In this document: one piece after another, positions 18,836-28,323 of the stretch
Layout of the letters: every line of letters starts with the position of its first letter
Position numbering within the stretch: the stretch's first letter is position 1
Source: Candidatus Methylomirabilis sp.
GTDB lineage: Bacteria > Methylomirabilota > Methylomirabilia > Methylomirabilales > JACPAU01
Assembly: GCA_036000645.1 (NCBI GenBank)
Contig: DASYVA010000163.1
Location: forward strand, 1 to 53,070
Reading direction: 5' to 3'
Length of the DNA stretch: 53,070 nt
Program-made: the position numbers and the translations under genes
The notes under the pieces: generated by a model
Told to the model about the DNA's origin: nothing
The model's input: only the letters and a program-made list of their open reading frames with translations
Databases searched by the model: none

Positions 18836-19704
18836 GCCGGCGCGAGCTGAAGACGATCGGGATCGTGGTCAAGCCGCACAAGGCGGAGGCCCGCGACGTC
18901 CTCCGACAGCTGATCCCCTGGCTGAAGGCGCGGGAGCGGACCATCCTCCTCGACCAGGACACGGCGGCCCTGGCCGAGATGCCCGAGGCCGGAATCCCCA
19001 AGCCCGACCTGCCGGGCCGGGTGGACTTCCTCATCGTCCTCGGCGGCGACGGAACCCTCCTGTCGGTGGCTCGGCTGGTGGCGGGCCGGGACGTCCCGAT
19101 CCTGGGGGTGAACCTCGGTGGGCTCGGCTTTCTCACCGAGATCACCCTGGACGAGCTCTTCCCCCTCCTCGGAGAGATACTCGGCGGGGAGCTCCGGGTG
19201 AGCCGCCGGATGATGCTCCAGGTTCACGTGCACCGGGAGGGGGCGCGGGTCGCCGAGTACACGGTGCTGAACGATGCCGTGATCAACAAGGGGGCGATGG
19301 CCCGGATCGTGGACCTGGAGACCTACATGGACGGCGAGTACGTCACCACCTACCGGGCCGACGGGCTCATCCTCGCGACGCCCACCGGTTCCACCGCCTA
19401 CTGCCTCTCCGCCGGCGGCCCGATCGTCCATCCCGCCGTGGAGGCGCTGATCCTCATCCCGATCTGCCCGCACACCCTCACCAACCGGCCCGCCGTCCTC
19501 CCCGCGGGATCCAAGATCGAGGTGGTGCAGGGCTCGGAGGGGGAGGAGGTCTTCCTCACGCTGGACGGCCAGGCCGGGTTCCCCCTCCGCTACCGGGACG
19601 TGGTGGAGGTCCGCCGGGCCCAGGAGCAGATTGCCCTCGTCGCCTCCCCGAAGAAGTCCTACTATCAGGTCCTGCGCACCAAGCTGAAGTGGGGCGAGCG
19701 GTAA
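18832..19704 (+). CDS. nadK: NAD(+) kinase
   Basis: VLGGDGTLL, GVNLGGLGFLT and TPTGSTAYCLSAGGPIV motifs. ATGA overlap with the upstream gene. Confidence 0.9.
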   Translation: MSRRELKTIGIVVKPHKAEARDVLRQLIPWLKARERTILLDQDTAALAEMPEAGIPKPDLPGRVDFLIVLGGDGTLLSVARLVAGRDVPILGVNLGGLGFLTEITLDELFPLLGEILGGELRVSRRMMLQVHVHREGARVAEYTVLNDAVINKGAMARIVDLETYMDGEYVTTYRADGLILATPTGSTAYCLSAGGPIVHPAVEALILIPICPHTLTNRPAVLPAGSKIEVVQGSEGEEVFLTLDGQAGFPLRYRDVVEVRRAQEQIALVASPKKSYYQVLRTKLKWGER

Positions 19705-19708
19705 CGGG

Positions 19709-21433
19709 ATGCTTCGCGAGCTCAACATCCGGAACATCGCTCTCGTGGAAGAGGTCCGGGCGGAGTTCGGGCCCGGGCTGACGGCCCTCACGGGGGAGAC
19801 GGGGGCGGGGAAGTCCATCGTCATCGACGCCCTGACGCTGGCGCTGGGAGCGCGCAGCGATCCGGACCTCATCCGGACCGGCGCGGCGGAGGCGGCCGTG
19901 GAGGCCGCCTTCGATGTCTCCGGCATTCCGGCCGTCTCGGCCGCTCTCGCCGAGGCGGGGCTCGCGCCGCCCGAGGACGGCGTGCTCATCCTGCGCCGCC
20001 TCCTGCCGCGGGACGGGAAGGGCCGGGCCTACGCGAACGGCCAGATGGTCCCGGCCGCGACGCTGCGCGTCCTCGGGGAGTGTCTCGTGGATATCCACGG
20101 CCAGCATCAGGGGCGGCTCCTGCTGAGCCCGCGGCGGCACCTGGAGTTGCTGGACCTCTTCGGCGGGACGGCGGCGGAGGCCGCCGCCTTCCGGGAGCGG
20201 TATCTGGCGTGGGAGGCGGTGCGGCGCGAGCAGGCAACCCTGGAGAGCGCCGCCCGCGAGCAGGCCGCCCGGCGGGACTTCCTCGCGTTTCAGGTGAAGG
20301 AGATCGACGCGGCCCTCCTGGAAGTCGGGGAGGAAGAGCGGCTGCGCGCCGAGCGCCTGATCCTCGCCAACGCCGAGCGCCTCTTCGCGGTGGTGGAGGC
20401 GGCCTACGGGATCCTGGAGGGAGAGGAGGGAGCGGTCCTGGCCCGCCTCAAGGCGGTCGCGGCCCGCCTGGCCGAGGGAGCCCGCTTCGACCCCAACCTG
20501 AAGCCGCTCCAGGAATCCTGCGGCCAGGCCGAGGCGCTCCTCAAGGACGTGGCGGCAGAGGTGCGTCGGTATCGTTCCAAGCTCGAATTCGATCCCGGGC
20601 GGTTGGAGGCGATCGAGACCCGGCTGCACGCCATCGAGCGCCTCGCGCGCAAGTACGGGGGGAGCGTCGCTGCGGCTCTCGAGGCGCGCGCCGCCGCCGC
20701 GGCCGACCTGGCAGGGATCGAGGAGGCGCCGGAGCGCCTGAAGGCCCTGGCCGCCGAGGAGGCCCGGCTCCTCGCGGATCTCCTGGAGCGCGGCCGCCGG
20801 CTCTCCCGCAAGCGTGACGCCGCGGCGGCGAAGCTCGGCGAGGGGGTTCTGGCCGAGCTGCGCGAGCTCGGGATGCCCCGGGCGGCGTTCCAGGTCCGCT
20901 TCCACCGCGAGCCGGCCGAGGAGGGCAGGCCCGTGCCGCTCCGGCCGTCGGGCCTGGAGGAGGCGGAGTTTTTCCTGAGCGTGAACCCGGGGGAGGAGGT
21001 CCGTCCGCTGGCGAAGGTCGCCTCGGGAGGGGAGCTGTCCCGGATCATGCTGGCCTTGAAGGGGATGCTCGCCGAGGCCGATGACACGCCGACCCTCATC
21101 TTCGACGAGGTGGACAGCGGGATCGGGGGCGGGACGGCCGAGGTGGTGGGACGGAAACTGGCGGGCGTGAGCGCCGGGCGCCAGGTCCTCTGCGTCACGC
21201 ACCTGCCCCAGATCGCGGCGATGGCCGACGCCCACTATCGGGTGGAGAAGCGGACCCGCGGGGGGCGGACCGAGACGTCGCTCAGCCGCCTCGAAGGGGA
21301 GGACCGGATCACCGAGGTGGCCCGGATGCTCGGTGCCGCCGGGGACTCGGATCTTCCCCGCCGCCACGCCGCGGAGATTCTGGAGCGGTCCGTGCGGCTC
21401 CGGAAGGCGGGGCGTCGCGGGGGGCGAGGATGA
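19709..21433 (+). CDS. recN: DNA repair protein RecN
   Basis: MLRELNIRNIALVEE...LTGETGAGKSI Walker A, long coiled-coil region, and C-terminal ASGGELSRIMLALK / LIFDEVDSGIGG. Confidence 0.9.
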   Translation: MLRELNIRNIALVEEVRAEFGPGLTALTGETGAGKSIVIDALTLALGARSDPDLIRTGAAEAAVEAAFDVSGIPAVSAALAEAGLAPPEDGVLILRRLLPRDGKGRAYANGQMVPAATLRVLGECLVDIHGQHQGRLLLSPRRHLELLDLFGGTAAEAAAFRERYLAWEAVRREQATLESAAREQAARRDFLAFQVKEIDAALLEVGEEERLRAERLILANAERLFAVVEAAYGILEGEEGAVLARLKAVAARLAEGARFDPNLKPLQESCGQAEALLKDVAAEVRRYRSKLEFDPGRLEAIETRLHAIERLARKYGGSVAAALEARAAAAADLAGIEEAPERLKALAAEEARLLADLLERGRRLSRKRDAAAAKLGEGVLAELRELGMPRAAFQVRFHREPAEEGRPVPLRPSGLEEAEFFLSVNPGEEVRPLAKVASGGELSRIMLALKGMLAEADDTPTLIFDEVDSGIGGGTAEVVGRKLAGVSAGRQVLCVTHLPQIAAMADAHYRVEKRTRGGRTETSLSRLEGEDRITEVARMLGAAGDSDLPRRHAAEILERSVRLRKAGRRGGRG

Positions 21434-22374
21434 CCCTGAGGGAGCAGCCCCTCCTCCGGTTCCTGGCCGCCTCCGCCCTCCTCCATGCCGGGTTTCTGAG
21501 CGTCCTGCAGTTCGGGCCGCTCCCCGACCCGCTGCCGAACGGCAGTCCCCTCCGGGTCCGCTTCGTCGAGCCGCCGGCCGGCCCTCTCGTAGAACAACCT
21601 CCGCCAGCGCGCCCCGAGAGCCCTCCCCCCGGGGCAAAGGTGATCGGCCGGGCGAGCAGCCGCGCGAAGGCCCCCGGTCCTGGGACGGGGCCCATCGGCT
21701 CGGCCGGGAGCCGCGGGACGCCCCGCTTGCCCGCGAGCCCCCTGCCAGCCGCGCCGGGTCTCCCGAGAGAGACGACGCCGCCCCGAGTGCTCGAGGCGCG
21801 CCCCGCGCCGGAAGCCCGGGTGGCGCCGTTGGCCCCAGCCCCACCGCCGCAGGCTGCGGCGCCGCCCGTGCCGGTGGTCCCTCCCCCGGCGCCGTCCCCG
21901 TCGCGGGAGCCGTCGCAGGGCGCGCGACTCTCGCTGCGGGAGCAACTCGACCGCATCGGGAACCGGGCGCTCGTCTCGCCCGTGCCCGGTCCCTACGACG
22001 CCGGGCAGGCGGGGGAGGGGAGCGGCCGCGAGGCGACCGTCACGCTCGAGTCCCGGGCGCACGAATACGCCGCCTACCTCGAGCAGATCAAGCGGCGGAT
22101 CGAGCGGCGGTGGCGCTATCCGCTGCTGGCCCAGGAGCGTGGTCTCGCGGGCAGACTGGTCATCGAGTTCGCCATCCGGCGGGACGGCCGCCTCACCCGC
22201 CTCCATCTGGCCGACTCCTCCGGCGTCTCCATCCTGGACGATGCCGCGCTGGAGGCTATTCGGCTGGCCGCTCCGTACGCCCCTCTCCCGGAGGTCATGG
22301 GCCTGGACCGGCTCAACATCATCGCTTCCTTCGAGTACCTCGGAGGCCTGTCCGGGCTCCGGGGCGGTTCCTAG
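21430..22374 (+). CDS. TonB-family energy-transducer-like protein (Pro-rich linker plus TonB C-terminal domain)
   Basis: N-terminal TM and a Pro-rich middle region. C-terminal YLEQIKRRIERRWRYP...GRLVIEFAIRRDGRL...SGVSILDDAALEAIRLAAPYAPLP. ATGA overlap with recN. Confidence 0.7.
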   Translation: MTLREQPLLRFLAASALLHAGFLSVLQFGPLPDPLPNGSPLRVRFVEPPAGPLVEQPPPARPESPPPGAKVIGRASSRAKAPGPGTGPIGSAGSRGTPRLPASPLPAAPGLPRETTPPRVLEARPAPEARVAPLAPAPPPQAAAPPVPVVPPPAPSPSREPSQGARLSLREQLDRIGNRALVSPVPGPYDAGQAGEGSGREATVTLESRAHEYAAYLEQIKRRIERRWRYPLLAQERGLAGRLVIEFAIRRDGRLTRLHLADSSGVSILDDAALEAIRLAAPYAPLPEVMGLDRLNIIASFEYLGGLSGLRGGS

Positions 22375-24743
22375 TGCCCGGCTCTCTTCCGCTCTCCCTC
22401 CGCCTGCGGATCCTCGGGAAGGCGCTGGGCCGCCGGTGCGGCCTCCTGCCGCCACCCCGCCTCCCGGTTCCCCCCGGCCCCCTCCAGCTCCCGGGGCAGC
22501 GGGCTGGCGTGCGGCTGTTTCGGGATGCCCGGGCCGTCCCCACGATCGAGGCGCGAGACTCGGAGGACCTGTTCCTGGCCCTCGGGTATGTGACCGCTTC
22601 GGAGCGGCTCTTCCAGATGGACCTCTACCGCCGTGTCGCGTGCGGCCGGCTCGCCGAGATCCTCGGTCCGGGACAGGGGACGCCTGAGGCCAGGAGCCTC
22701 CAGCTGCCCGGGGAGGTCTTCCTCCAGATGGACCTGCTCCATCGGGCCCTCGGCCTCGAGGCGGCGGCCGTAGCCGAAGCCGCCGCGGCCTCCGTCGAGA
22801 CCCGGGATGCCCTCGCCGCCTACGCGTCCGGCGTGAACGCGTACTTCGCGGAGGCGGAGGCGCGCCGCGCCTGGCCGATCGAGTGCGCCCTTCTGGGCTA
22901 TACCCCCGAGCCGTGGCGCCCCGCAGACTCGCTTGCGGTGGGCCGCCTCGTGGCGTGGCGCCTGACTATCGCGCTACGCGCCGAGCTGGTGCTGGGGGAG
23001 ATCGCCCTCCTGCGGAAGGGGCCCCCGCTCCTCCCCTCCCCTCCGGCGTGGAGCCCCACCCTCACCGGCCCCCCGCCCGCCCGCCTCCCGGCACCCGGGG
23101 CCGCTCTTGGCGAATTCCGATGGTCAGCCGGCTTCGTGGGGAGCAACGCCTGGGTCGTGTCGGGGGCGCGGAGCGCCAGCGGGAAGCCGGTTCTGGCCAC
23201 CGACCCGCACCTCCCGCTCGGTCTCCCCGGCATCTGGCTGCCGGTCTGCCTCCGGGGCGGGCCCTACCGGGTCGCCGGGGTGGCCGTGCCCGGCGTCCCG
23301 GGGGTCGCCATCGGCCGGACCCCCTCCCTCGCCTGGGGGATGACGGCGGCTCTCCCCGACGACGTGGACCTGTACCGGGAGACGCTGGCGCCCGGTCCGC
23401 CCGTCGCGGCGCGCCGCGCGGACCGCTGGGAGCCGCTCGAGGTCGAGGAGGTGGCGGTGCGGGTGCGGGGGGAGGCGGACCCGCGGCGGGTCAGGCTCCG
23501 CTTCGTCCGCCGGTTCCCGGGGCGCTGTCCCCTCATCTCGGACCTCCTGGACGCCGGGCCGCTGGGCCCCCTCTCCCTCGCGTGGACCGGGATGGTGCCG
23601 ACGCAAAGCTTCGATGCGCTCCTGGCCATGAACCGCGCTCTGGACCTGGCGGCGTTCCGGGAGGCGCTGCGGGAATTCGGGCTCGCCCCCCAGAACGTCC
23701 TCGTCGCCGACGCAGCGGGGAACATCGGCGCCTTCGTCGCCGGGCGCTTCCCGAGGCGGTCCCGGCCGGGGGATGGCTCCCTTCCTCTGGACGGCGCCGA
23801 CCCCGCAACCTCCTGGCAGGGGTTCCTCGACTTCGAGGAGCTGCCGCACGTCGTCAACCCGGCATCGGGACTCCTGGTCAGCGCCAATAATCGCGCGAGC
23901 GAGGCGGGACCGTACCTCACGACGCTCTGGGAGCCCGCGTACCGGGCCAGCCGGATCCTGGGCGTCCTGCGGGAGATGCCCGTGGCGCGGACCGAGGCCT
24001 GCCGGCGCCTCCAGACCGACACCGTCTCGCTCCAAGCCCTGCTGCTCATCGGGCGCTGCCTTGCGCCGCACCGCGATGCCCTGGAGGGAGAGGCGCGCGC
24101 GGCCGCCGATCGGCTGATCATCTGGGACGGACGGGTTTCAGCGGAAAGCAGCCAAGCGGCCCTCTTTCACGCCTGGTACTGGCGCCTCCGCGAGAAGGTT
24201 CTGCGGGCGCCCCTCGAGGCGCTGCGGCCCGGGCTGGCAGCACGCCTCTTCGCGGTCAACCACGTTTCGGCCGCCCTCCTGGACGCCTTGCTGCTCGACG
24301 GGGAGCCGACGGCGCTCCCCGCGCCGCTTCCCTCCCTGCTCCAGGAGACACTCGAGGAGGCACTGGAATTTCTCCGGGAACGCCTGGGGCCGGACGCGGC
24401 CGCCTGGCGGTGGGGACGGCTGCACCAGTTGACGGTCCGACATCCCCTGATGCCTCAGACGGGGTGGCTCGGCCGGATCCTGTCCGGCCTCTTCGCTTTC
24501 AACCGGGGCCCGATCGAAATGCCGGGCGACGGCATGACCGTCAACATGAGCGCCTATCTCTTCAGCGCTCCCTTCGAGCCTCTCGCGGGCCCTTCCTACC
24601 GACAGGTGGTGGACCTGGGGAATCCGGACGAGGCCGGCTGGGTCATCCCGGGGGGGGTCTCGGGCGATCCCGCCTCCCCGTACTACGCCGACCAGCTCGC
24701 CGCCTGGCTCGCCGGGACCCTCTTCCCCATGCCCCTCCCCTGA
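22374..24743 (+). CDS. penicillin acylase family Ntn-hydrolase (peptidase S45)
   Basis: VPTIEARDSEDLFLALGYVTASERLFQMDLYRR in the alpha subunit, and G|SNAWVVSG as the nucleophile junction. GTG 22374 shares 1 nt with the preceding TAG. The upstream part of track ORF 21333.. is out of context. Confidence 0.85.
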   Translation: MPGSLPLSLRLRILGKALGRRCGLLPPPRLPVPPGPLQLPGQRAGVRLFRDARAVPTIEARDSEDLFLALGYVTASERLFQMDLYRRVACGRLAEILGPGQGTPEARSLQLPGEVFLQMDLLHRALGLEAAAVAEAAAASVETRDALAAYASGVNAYFAEAEARRAWPIECALLGYTPEPWRPADSLAVGRLVAWRLTIALRAELVLGEIALLRKGPPLLPSPPAWSPTLTGPPPARLPAPGAALGEFRWSAGFVGSNAWVVSGARSASGKPVLATDPHLPLGLPGIWLPVCLRGGPYRVAGVAVPGVPGVAIGRTPSLAWGMTAALPDDVDLYRETLAPGPPVAARRADRWEPLEVEEVAVRVRGEADPRRVRLRFVRRFPGRCPLISDLLDAGPLGPLSLAWTGMVPTQSFDALLAMNRALDLAAFREALREFGLAPQNVLVADAAGNIGAFVAGRFPRRSRPGDGSLPLDGADPATSWQGFLDFEELPHVVNPASGLLVSANNRASEAGPYLTTLWEPAYRASRILGVLREMPVARTEACRRLQTDTVSLQALLLIGRCLAPHRDALEGEARAAADRLIIWDGRVSAESSQAALFHAWYWRLREKVLRAPLEALRPGLAARLFAVNHVSAALLDALLLDGEPTALPAPLPSLLQETLEEALEFLRERLGPDAAAWRWGRLHQLTVRHPLMPQTGWLGRILSGLFAFNRGPIEMPGDGMTVNMSAYLFSAPFEPLAGPSYRQVVDLGNPDEAGWVIPGGVSGDPASPYYADQLAAWLAGTLFPMPLP

Positions 24744-24777
24744 GCGGTCGCCGCCGGCACCCCCTCTTGGGACCCCT

Positions 24778-24806
24778 TTGACTGCTCCCGGGGCGCGTGC
24801 TATAAC
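24778..24806 (+). promoter_or_regulatory. promoter candidate TTGACT-N17-TATAAC with TGn extension, 10 nt before the MFS ATG
   Basis: Best consensus match in the window. No SD lies before ATG 24817. Confidence 0.5.
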
Positions 24807-24816
24807 CCCAGACGAG

Positions 24817-26121
24817 ATGCAGCACGCGCTGTGGTGGAGGGCGCGGGCAGCGCATGGGGAGAGGCGGCCAGGCGAGAGGGGGCCAGCGCGGACGCTGGCC
24901 GTCAGCTTCCTCACCCTGGCGGTCGCCTACGGGCTCTCCTACACCTTCCCGATCTTCTATGTGGCTCTGCTCTCCGAGTTCGGCGGCCTCCGTGGGCCGA
25001 CCGCCGCCATCTATTCGCTCCACATGCTGGTGGGAGGCGCGATCTCCCCCCTGATCGGTACCTGCATGGACCGCTCGGGCCCCCGCATCCTGCTCCCGGT
25101 CGGCGCCATCCTGCTGGCGGGCGGCCTGCTCCTCAGCGCTGCTGCGCGTGACCTCACCGACCTGGCCTTCACGTTCGGCATCCTGGTCGCCCTCGGGGTG
25201 GGGTGCGTGGGGAGCGTCCCCCAGTCGACCCTCCTGGCCCAGGCCTTCCCCCGGACCCGCGGGGCGGCGATCGGGATGGCCTTCGCCGGCGTCGGCCTCG
25301 GGGTGTTCCTGCTGAGCCCCCTGGCCCAGGCCCTCATCGCCGCCCTCACGTGGCGCGGGGCCTTCGTCGCCCTGGCCGTCCTCGCGGCGGTGCTGCTCCT
25401 CCCGCTGACGACGGTCCTGCTCCCGCGACCGGGAGCCCTCCGGGCGCCAGGCTCGGCGACGGCGACGGTCATGGCCGAGACCGCTGGAGGGTGGACGCTC
25501 CGCGAGGCCCTGCGGACCCGCACCCTCTGGTACCTGTTGCTGGTCTTCTTCCTGACGCCGGTCGGGATGTTCGCCGTCACGACCCACCAGGTGGTCTATG
25601 CCGTGGATCGGGGCTACGGGCAACTCATGGCGGTGGCCATCTTCGGCATCGTGGGGGGGCTGAGCTCGGTCGGGCGGTTCGGCTTCGGCGCCCTCTCGGA
25701 CCGCTTCGGCCGGGCGGCCACGGGCATCCTGACCTATGCCCTGACGGCCCTCGGGATTCTGGCCCTCCTCTTCGCGCCGGGCCCCCCGGTCCTCTGGCCC
25801 CTCTACGCCTACGCGCTCCTCTTCGGCCTCACCTTCGGCGCGCGCGGGCCCATCATCTCCGCGCTGACCGCCGAGCTGTACCGGGGGCACTCCTACGGCG
25901 CCATCTTCGGGGTGATCTCGGTGGGGCAGGGGCTCGGGATGGCCCTGGGCCCCTGGCTCGGCGGAGCGGTCTTCGATGCGACGGGATCGTACCGGGCCGC
26001 CTTCGGCCTCGCCGTAGCCTGCACCGTGGTCGCGGCGGCTTTCCTCGCCCGGGTGGGGACGCACCTGCCGGCGCCGGCCCCTGCGCCCGGGACCTCCTCC
26101 CCTGCGCGGGAGACAACGTGA
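24817..26121 (+). CDS. MFS transporter
   Basis: 12-TM-like hydrophobic profile. I prefer ATG 24817, because track start TTG 24778 is the TTG of a near-consensus -35 hexamer. Confidence 0.8.
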   Translation: MQHALWWRARAAHGERRPGERGPARTLAVSFLTLAVAYGLSYTFPIFYVALLSEFGGLRGPTAAIYSLHMLVGGAISPLIGTCMDRSGPRILLPVGAILLAGGLLLSAAARDLTDLAFTFGILVALGVGCVGSVPQSTLLAQAFPRTRGAAIGMAFAGVGLGVFLLSPLAQALIAALTWRGAFVALAVLAAVLLLPLTTVLLPRPGALRAPGSATATVMAETAGGWTLREALRTRTLWYLLLVFFLTPVGMFAVTTHQVVYAVDRGYGQLMAVAIFGIVGGLSSVGRFGFGALSDRFGRAATGILTYALTALGILALLFAPGPPVLWPLYAYALLFGLTFGARGPIISALTAELYRGHSYGAIFGVISVGQGLGMALGPWLGGAVFDATGSYRAAFGLAVACTVVAAAFLARVGTHLPAPAPAPGTSSPARETT

Positions 26122-27197
26122 CCGAGCCGGACGCCTCCCAGCATCCTGCCTCGGAGCTGGCCCGCCTGCTCGGCGACGTCTTCCTGGTGGAAGAGCTGCA
26201 GGTCCAGGACGCGGCCATCCGGTTCCGGGGGATCCTCCTGGCGTCCCCGGAGACCGCGGTGCGGGTTCTGACGAGCCGGTTCGGTCCCCTCGGCTACCAT
26301 CCCCTCCTCCGGAGCCGGGAGGAGCTCGTCCTGCTGCGCGCGGCGCCCCGCAGGAGGCCGTGGCTCACGGAGCCGTGGCCGAACCTGGCCCTGTTCCTGG
26401 CCACGCTGCTGACGACCCTGTTCGTCGGCGCGCTCCACCAGGGCGCGGATCCGCTGGGTGACCCCGCGACGCTGGCCGCCGGACTTCCCTTCGCCACCAC
26501 GCTCCTGGCCATCCTGGGGGTCCACGAGCTGGGCCACTACTTCACGGCGAGGGCCTACGGGATCCGGGTCACGCTGCCGTATTTCATCCCGGCCCCCGTC
26601 GGCCTCGGGACCTTCGGCGCCTTCATCCGGATGAAATCCCCGGTCACCGATCGGAAGGCTCTCCTGGATGTGGGGATCGCGGGCCCGCTCGCCGGCCTCG
26701 TCCTGGCCATCCCGGCTGTCCTCGTCGGGCTGCGCCTCTCGACCATCGTGCCGGCCCAGGGCGCGGGCGTCGGGCTCGGGACGTCGCTCCTGTTTCTCGC
26801 GCTCCAGGCCATCGCCGTCGGCCCGGTCCCCGAGGGCCTCGACATCCTCCTGCACCCGGTGGCCTTCGCCGGCTGGATCGGGCTCTTCGTGACGGCGCTG
26901 AATCTGCTTCCGGTCGGGCAGCTGGACGGGGGGCACATCGCCTACGCGTTGCTCGGCCGCCGGCACAAGCAGGTGGCGATGGGGACGGCGGGGCTGCTGG
27001 TGACGCTCGGCATCCTTTTCTGGCCGGGCTGGCTCGTCTGGGCGGTCCTGGCGATGGCGATGGGCTTCCAGCACCCACCCCCCCTGGACGACGTGACGCC
27101 GCTGAATCCGGGCCGCCGCTGGCTCGCCCTGGGCGCCTTCGCCCTGCTCCTGCTCCTGATCACCCCGGCCCCCTTCTTCTTCCCGGAGGGGATGTGA
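26118..27197 (+). CDS. site-2 protease family (peptidase M50) membrane metalloprotease
   Basis: HELGHY zinc motif and NLLPVGQLDGGH. GTG 26118 overlaps the MFS stop (GTGA). Confidence 0.85.
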   Translation: MTEPDASQHPASELARLLGDVFLVEELQVQDAAIRFRGILLASPETAVRVLTSRFGPLGYHPLLRSREELVLLRAAPRRRPWLTEPWPNLALFLATLLTTLFVGALHQGADPLGDPATLAAGLPFATTLLAILGVHELGHYFTARAYGIRVTLPYFIPAPVGLGTFGAFIRMKSPVTDRKALLDVGIAGPLAGLVLAIPAVLVGLRLSTIVPAQGAGVGLGTSLLFLALQAIAVGPVPEGLDILLHPVAFAGWIGLFVTALNLLPVGQLDGGHIAYALLGRRHKQVAMGTAGLLVTLGILFWPGWLVWAVLAMAMGFQHPPPLDDVTPLNPGRRWLALGAFALLLLLITPAPFFFPEGM

Positions 27198-28306
27198 CGC
27201 GGAAGCCCGGGGGGCGGGCGCCGCGCGCAGTGGCCGGGGCCGGCCGCGAGGTGGCTCTGCCGAGACCACGGGGGGGCCGGAGGTTCCTCCCGGCGGGGAA
27301 GCTCCCTGCGGCCCTCCTGGCCCGGCTGCTCCGCGGCATCCCGGCGCGGGATCCGCGCGTCCTGGTCGGCCCGGCGGTGGGGGAGGATGCGGCCGTCCTG
27401 GCGATGGGGGACCGCTGCCTGGTCCTGACGCTGGACCCGATCACGTTCGCGACGGACGAGATCGGCTACTACGTCGTCACGGTGAACGCGAACGACGTGG
27501 CGGTCCGGGGGGCCGAGCCCCGCTGGTTCGGGGTGGCGTTGCTCCTCCCCGAGGGGCAGGCGGACGGCGCGCTGGCCGAGGCGCTCTTCGCAGAGGTCGT
27601 GGCCGCCTGCGAGGAGATCGGGGTCGCCCTGATCGGAGGCCATACGGAGGTCACCGCCGGCCTTCCCCGCCCGATCGCCATCGGCGTGATGGTGGGGGAG
27701 GCGCCGGCGGACCGGGTCATCCGGACGGCGGGGGCGAGGATCGGGGACGCGGTCATCCTGACGAAGGGGATCGCGATCGAGGGGACCGCGCTGCTCGCCC
27801 GCGAGTGTGCCCCGCGCCTGCGCGCCCGGGGCTACGGGGAGGCCTTTCTCGCCCGGGCGCGGGGGTACCTCCGGGAGCCGGGGATCGGGGTCCTGCGGGA
27901 TGCGCGGGTGGCGGTTGCCGCCGCGCCGGTCACGGCGATGCACGATCCGACCGAGGGGGGGCTGGCCACCGGCCTGTCCGAATTGGCTACGGCGGCCGGC
28001 GTCGGGCTGCGAATCGAGGAGGAGGCCATTCCGATATTGCCCGAAGCCGCCACGCTCTGCGAGGAGTTTGGCCTGGATCCGCTCGGGACGATCGCCTCGG
28101 GGGCCCTGCTCGTGACCTGCCCCGAGGCCGCCGCCGCGGACTTGGTGCGGGCATTGCAGGAGAACGGGATCCTGGCGGGGCGGATCGGGCAGGTCGTGCC
28201 CGCGGAGGAGGGGGTGACGTTGGTGAGGCCGGGGGGAGCCGGGCCCCTCCCGGTGTTCGCCCGGGATGAGATCGCCCGGGTCTTTGCGCCGGGGACGGAA
28301 GAGTAG
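27194..28306 (+). CDS. AIR synthase-related (PurM/HypE/ThiL-like) protein
   Basis: GEDAAVL...DPITF...VTVNANDVAVRGAEP...GGHTEV...MHDPTEGGL is the PurM-superfamily layout. GTG overlaps the M50 stop. Confidence 0.75.
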   Translation: MTRKPGGRAPRAVAGAGREVALPRPRGGRRFLPAGKLPAALLARLLRGIPARDPRVLVGPAVGEDAAVLAMGDRCLVLTLDPITFATDEIGYYVVTVNANDVAVRGAEPRWFGVALLLPEGQADGALAEALFAEVVAACEEIGVALIGGHTEVTAGLPRPIAIGVMVGEAPADRVIRTAGARIGDAVILTKGIAIEGTALLARECAPRLRARGYGEAFLARARGYLREPGIGVLRDARVAVAAAPVTAMHDPTEGGLATGLSELATAAGVGLRIEEEAIPILPEAATLCEEFGLDPLGTIASGALLVTCPEAAAADLVRALQENGILAGRIGQVVPAEEGVTLVRPGGAGPLPVFARDEIARVFAPGTEE

Positions 28307-28323
28307 TGGGGGAGGGAGTGGCG

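Noticed and set aside
19556-21844. 762-aa minus-strand ORF antisense to recN
   Set aside because: High-GC antisense artefact. recN on the plus strand is unambiguous.
21333-22373. 5' extension of the penicillin-acylase ORF. Similar long 5' extensions occur in track ORFs 1048.., 25203.., 9702..12119, 28826..30334, 34459.., 40150..42498, 44636.. and 48657..
   Set aside because: The extensions overlap upstream genes in another frame, are Arg/Pro/Gly-rich, and internal starts sit exactly at stop/start overlaps or after good SD sites.
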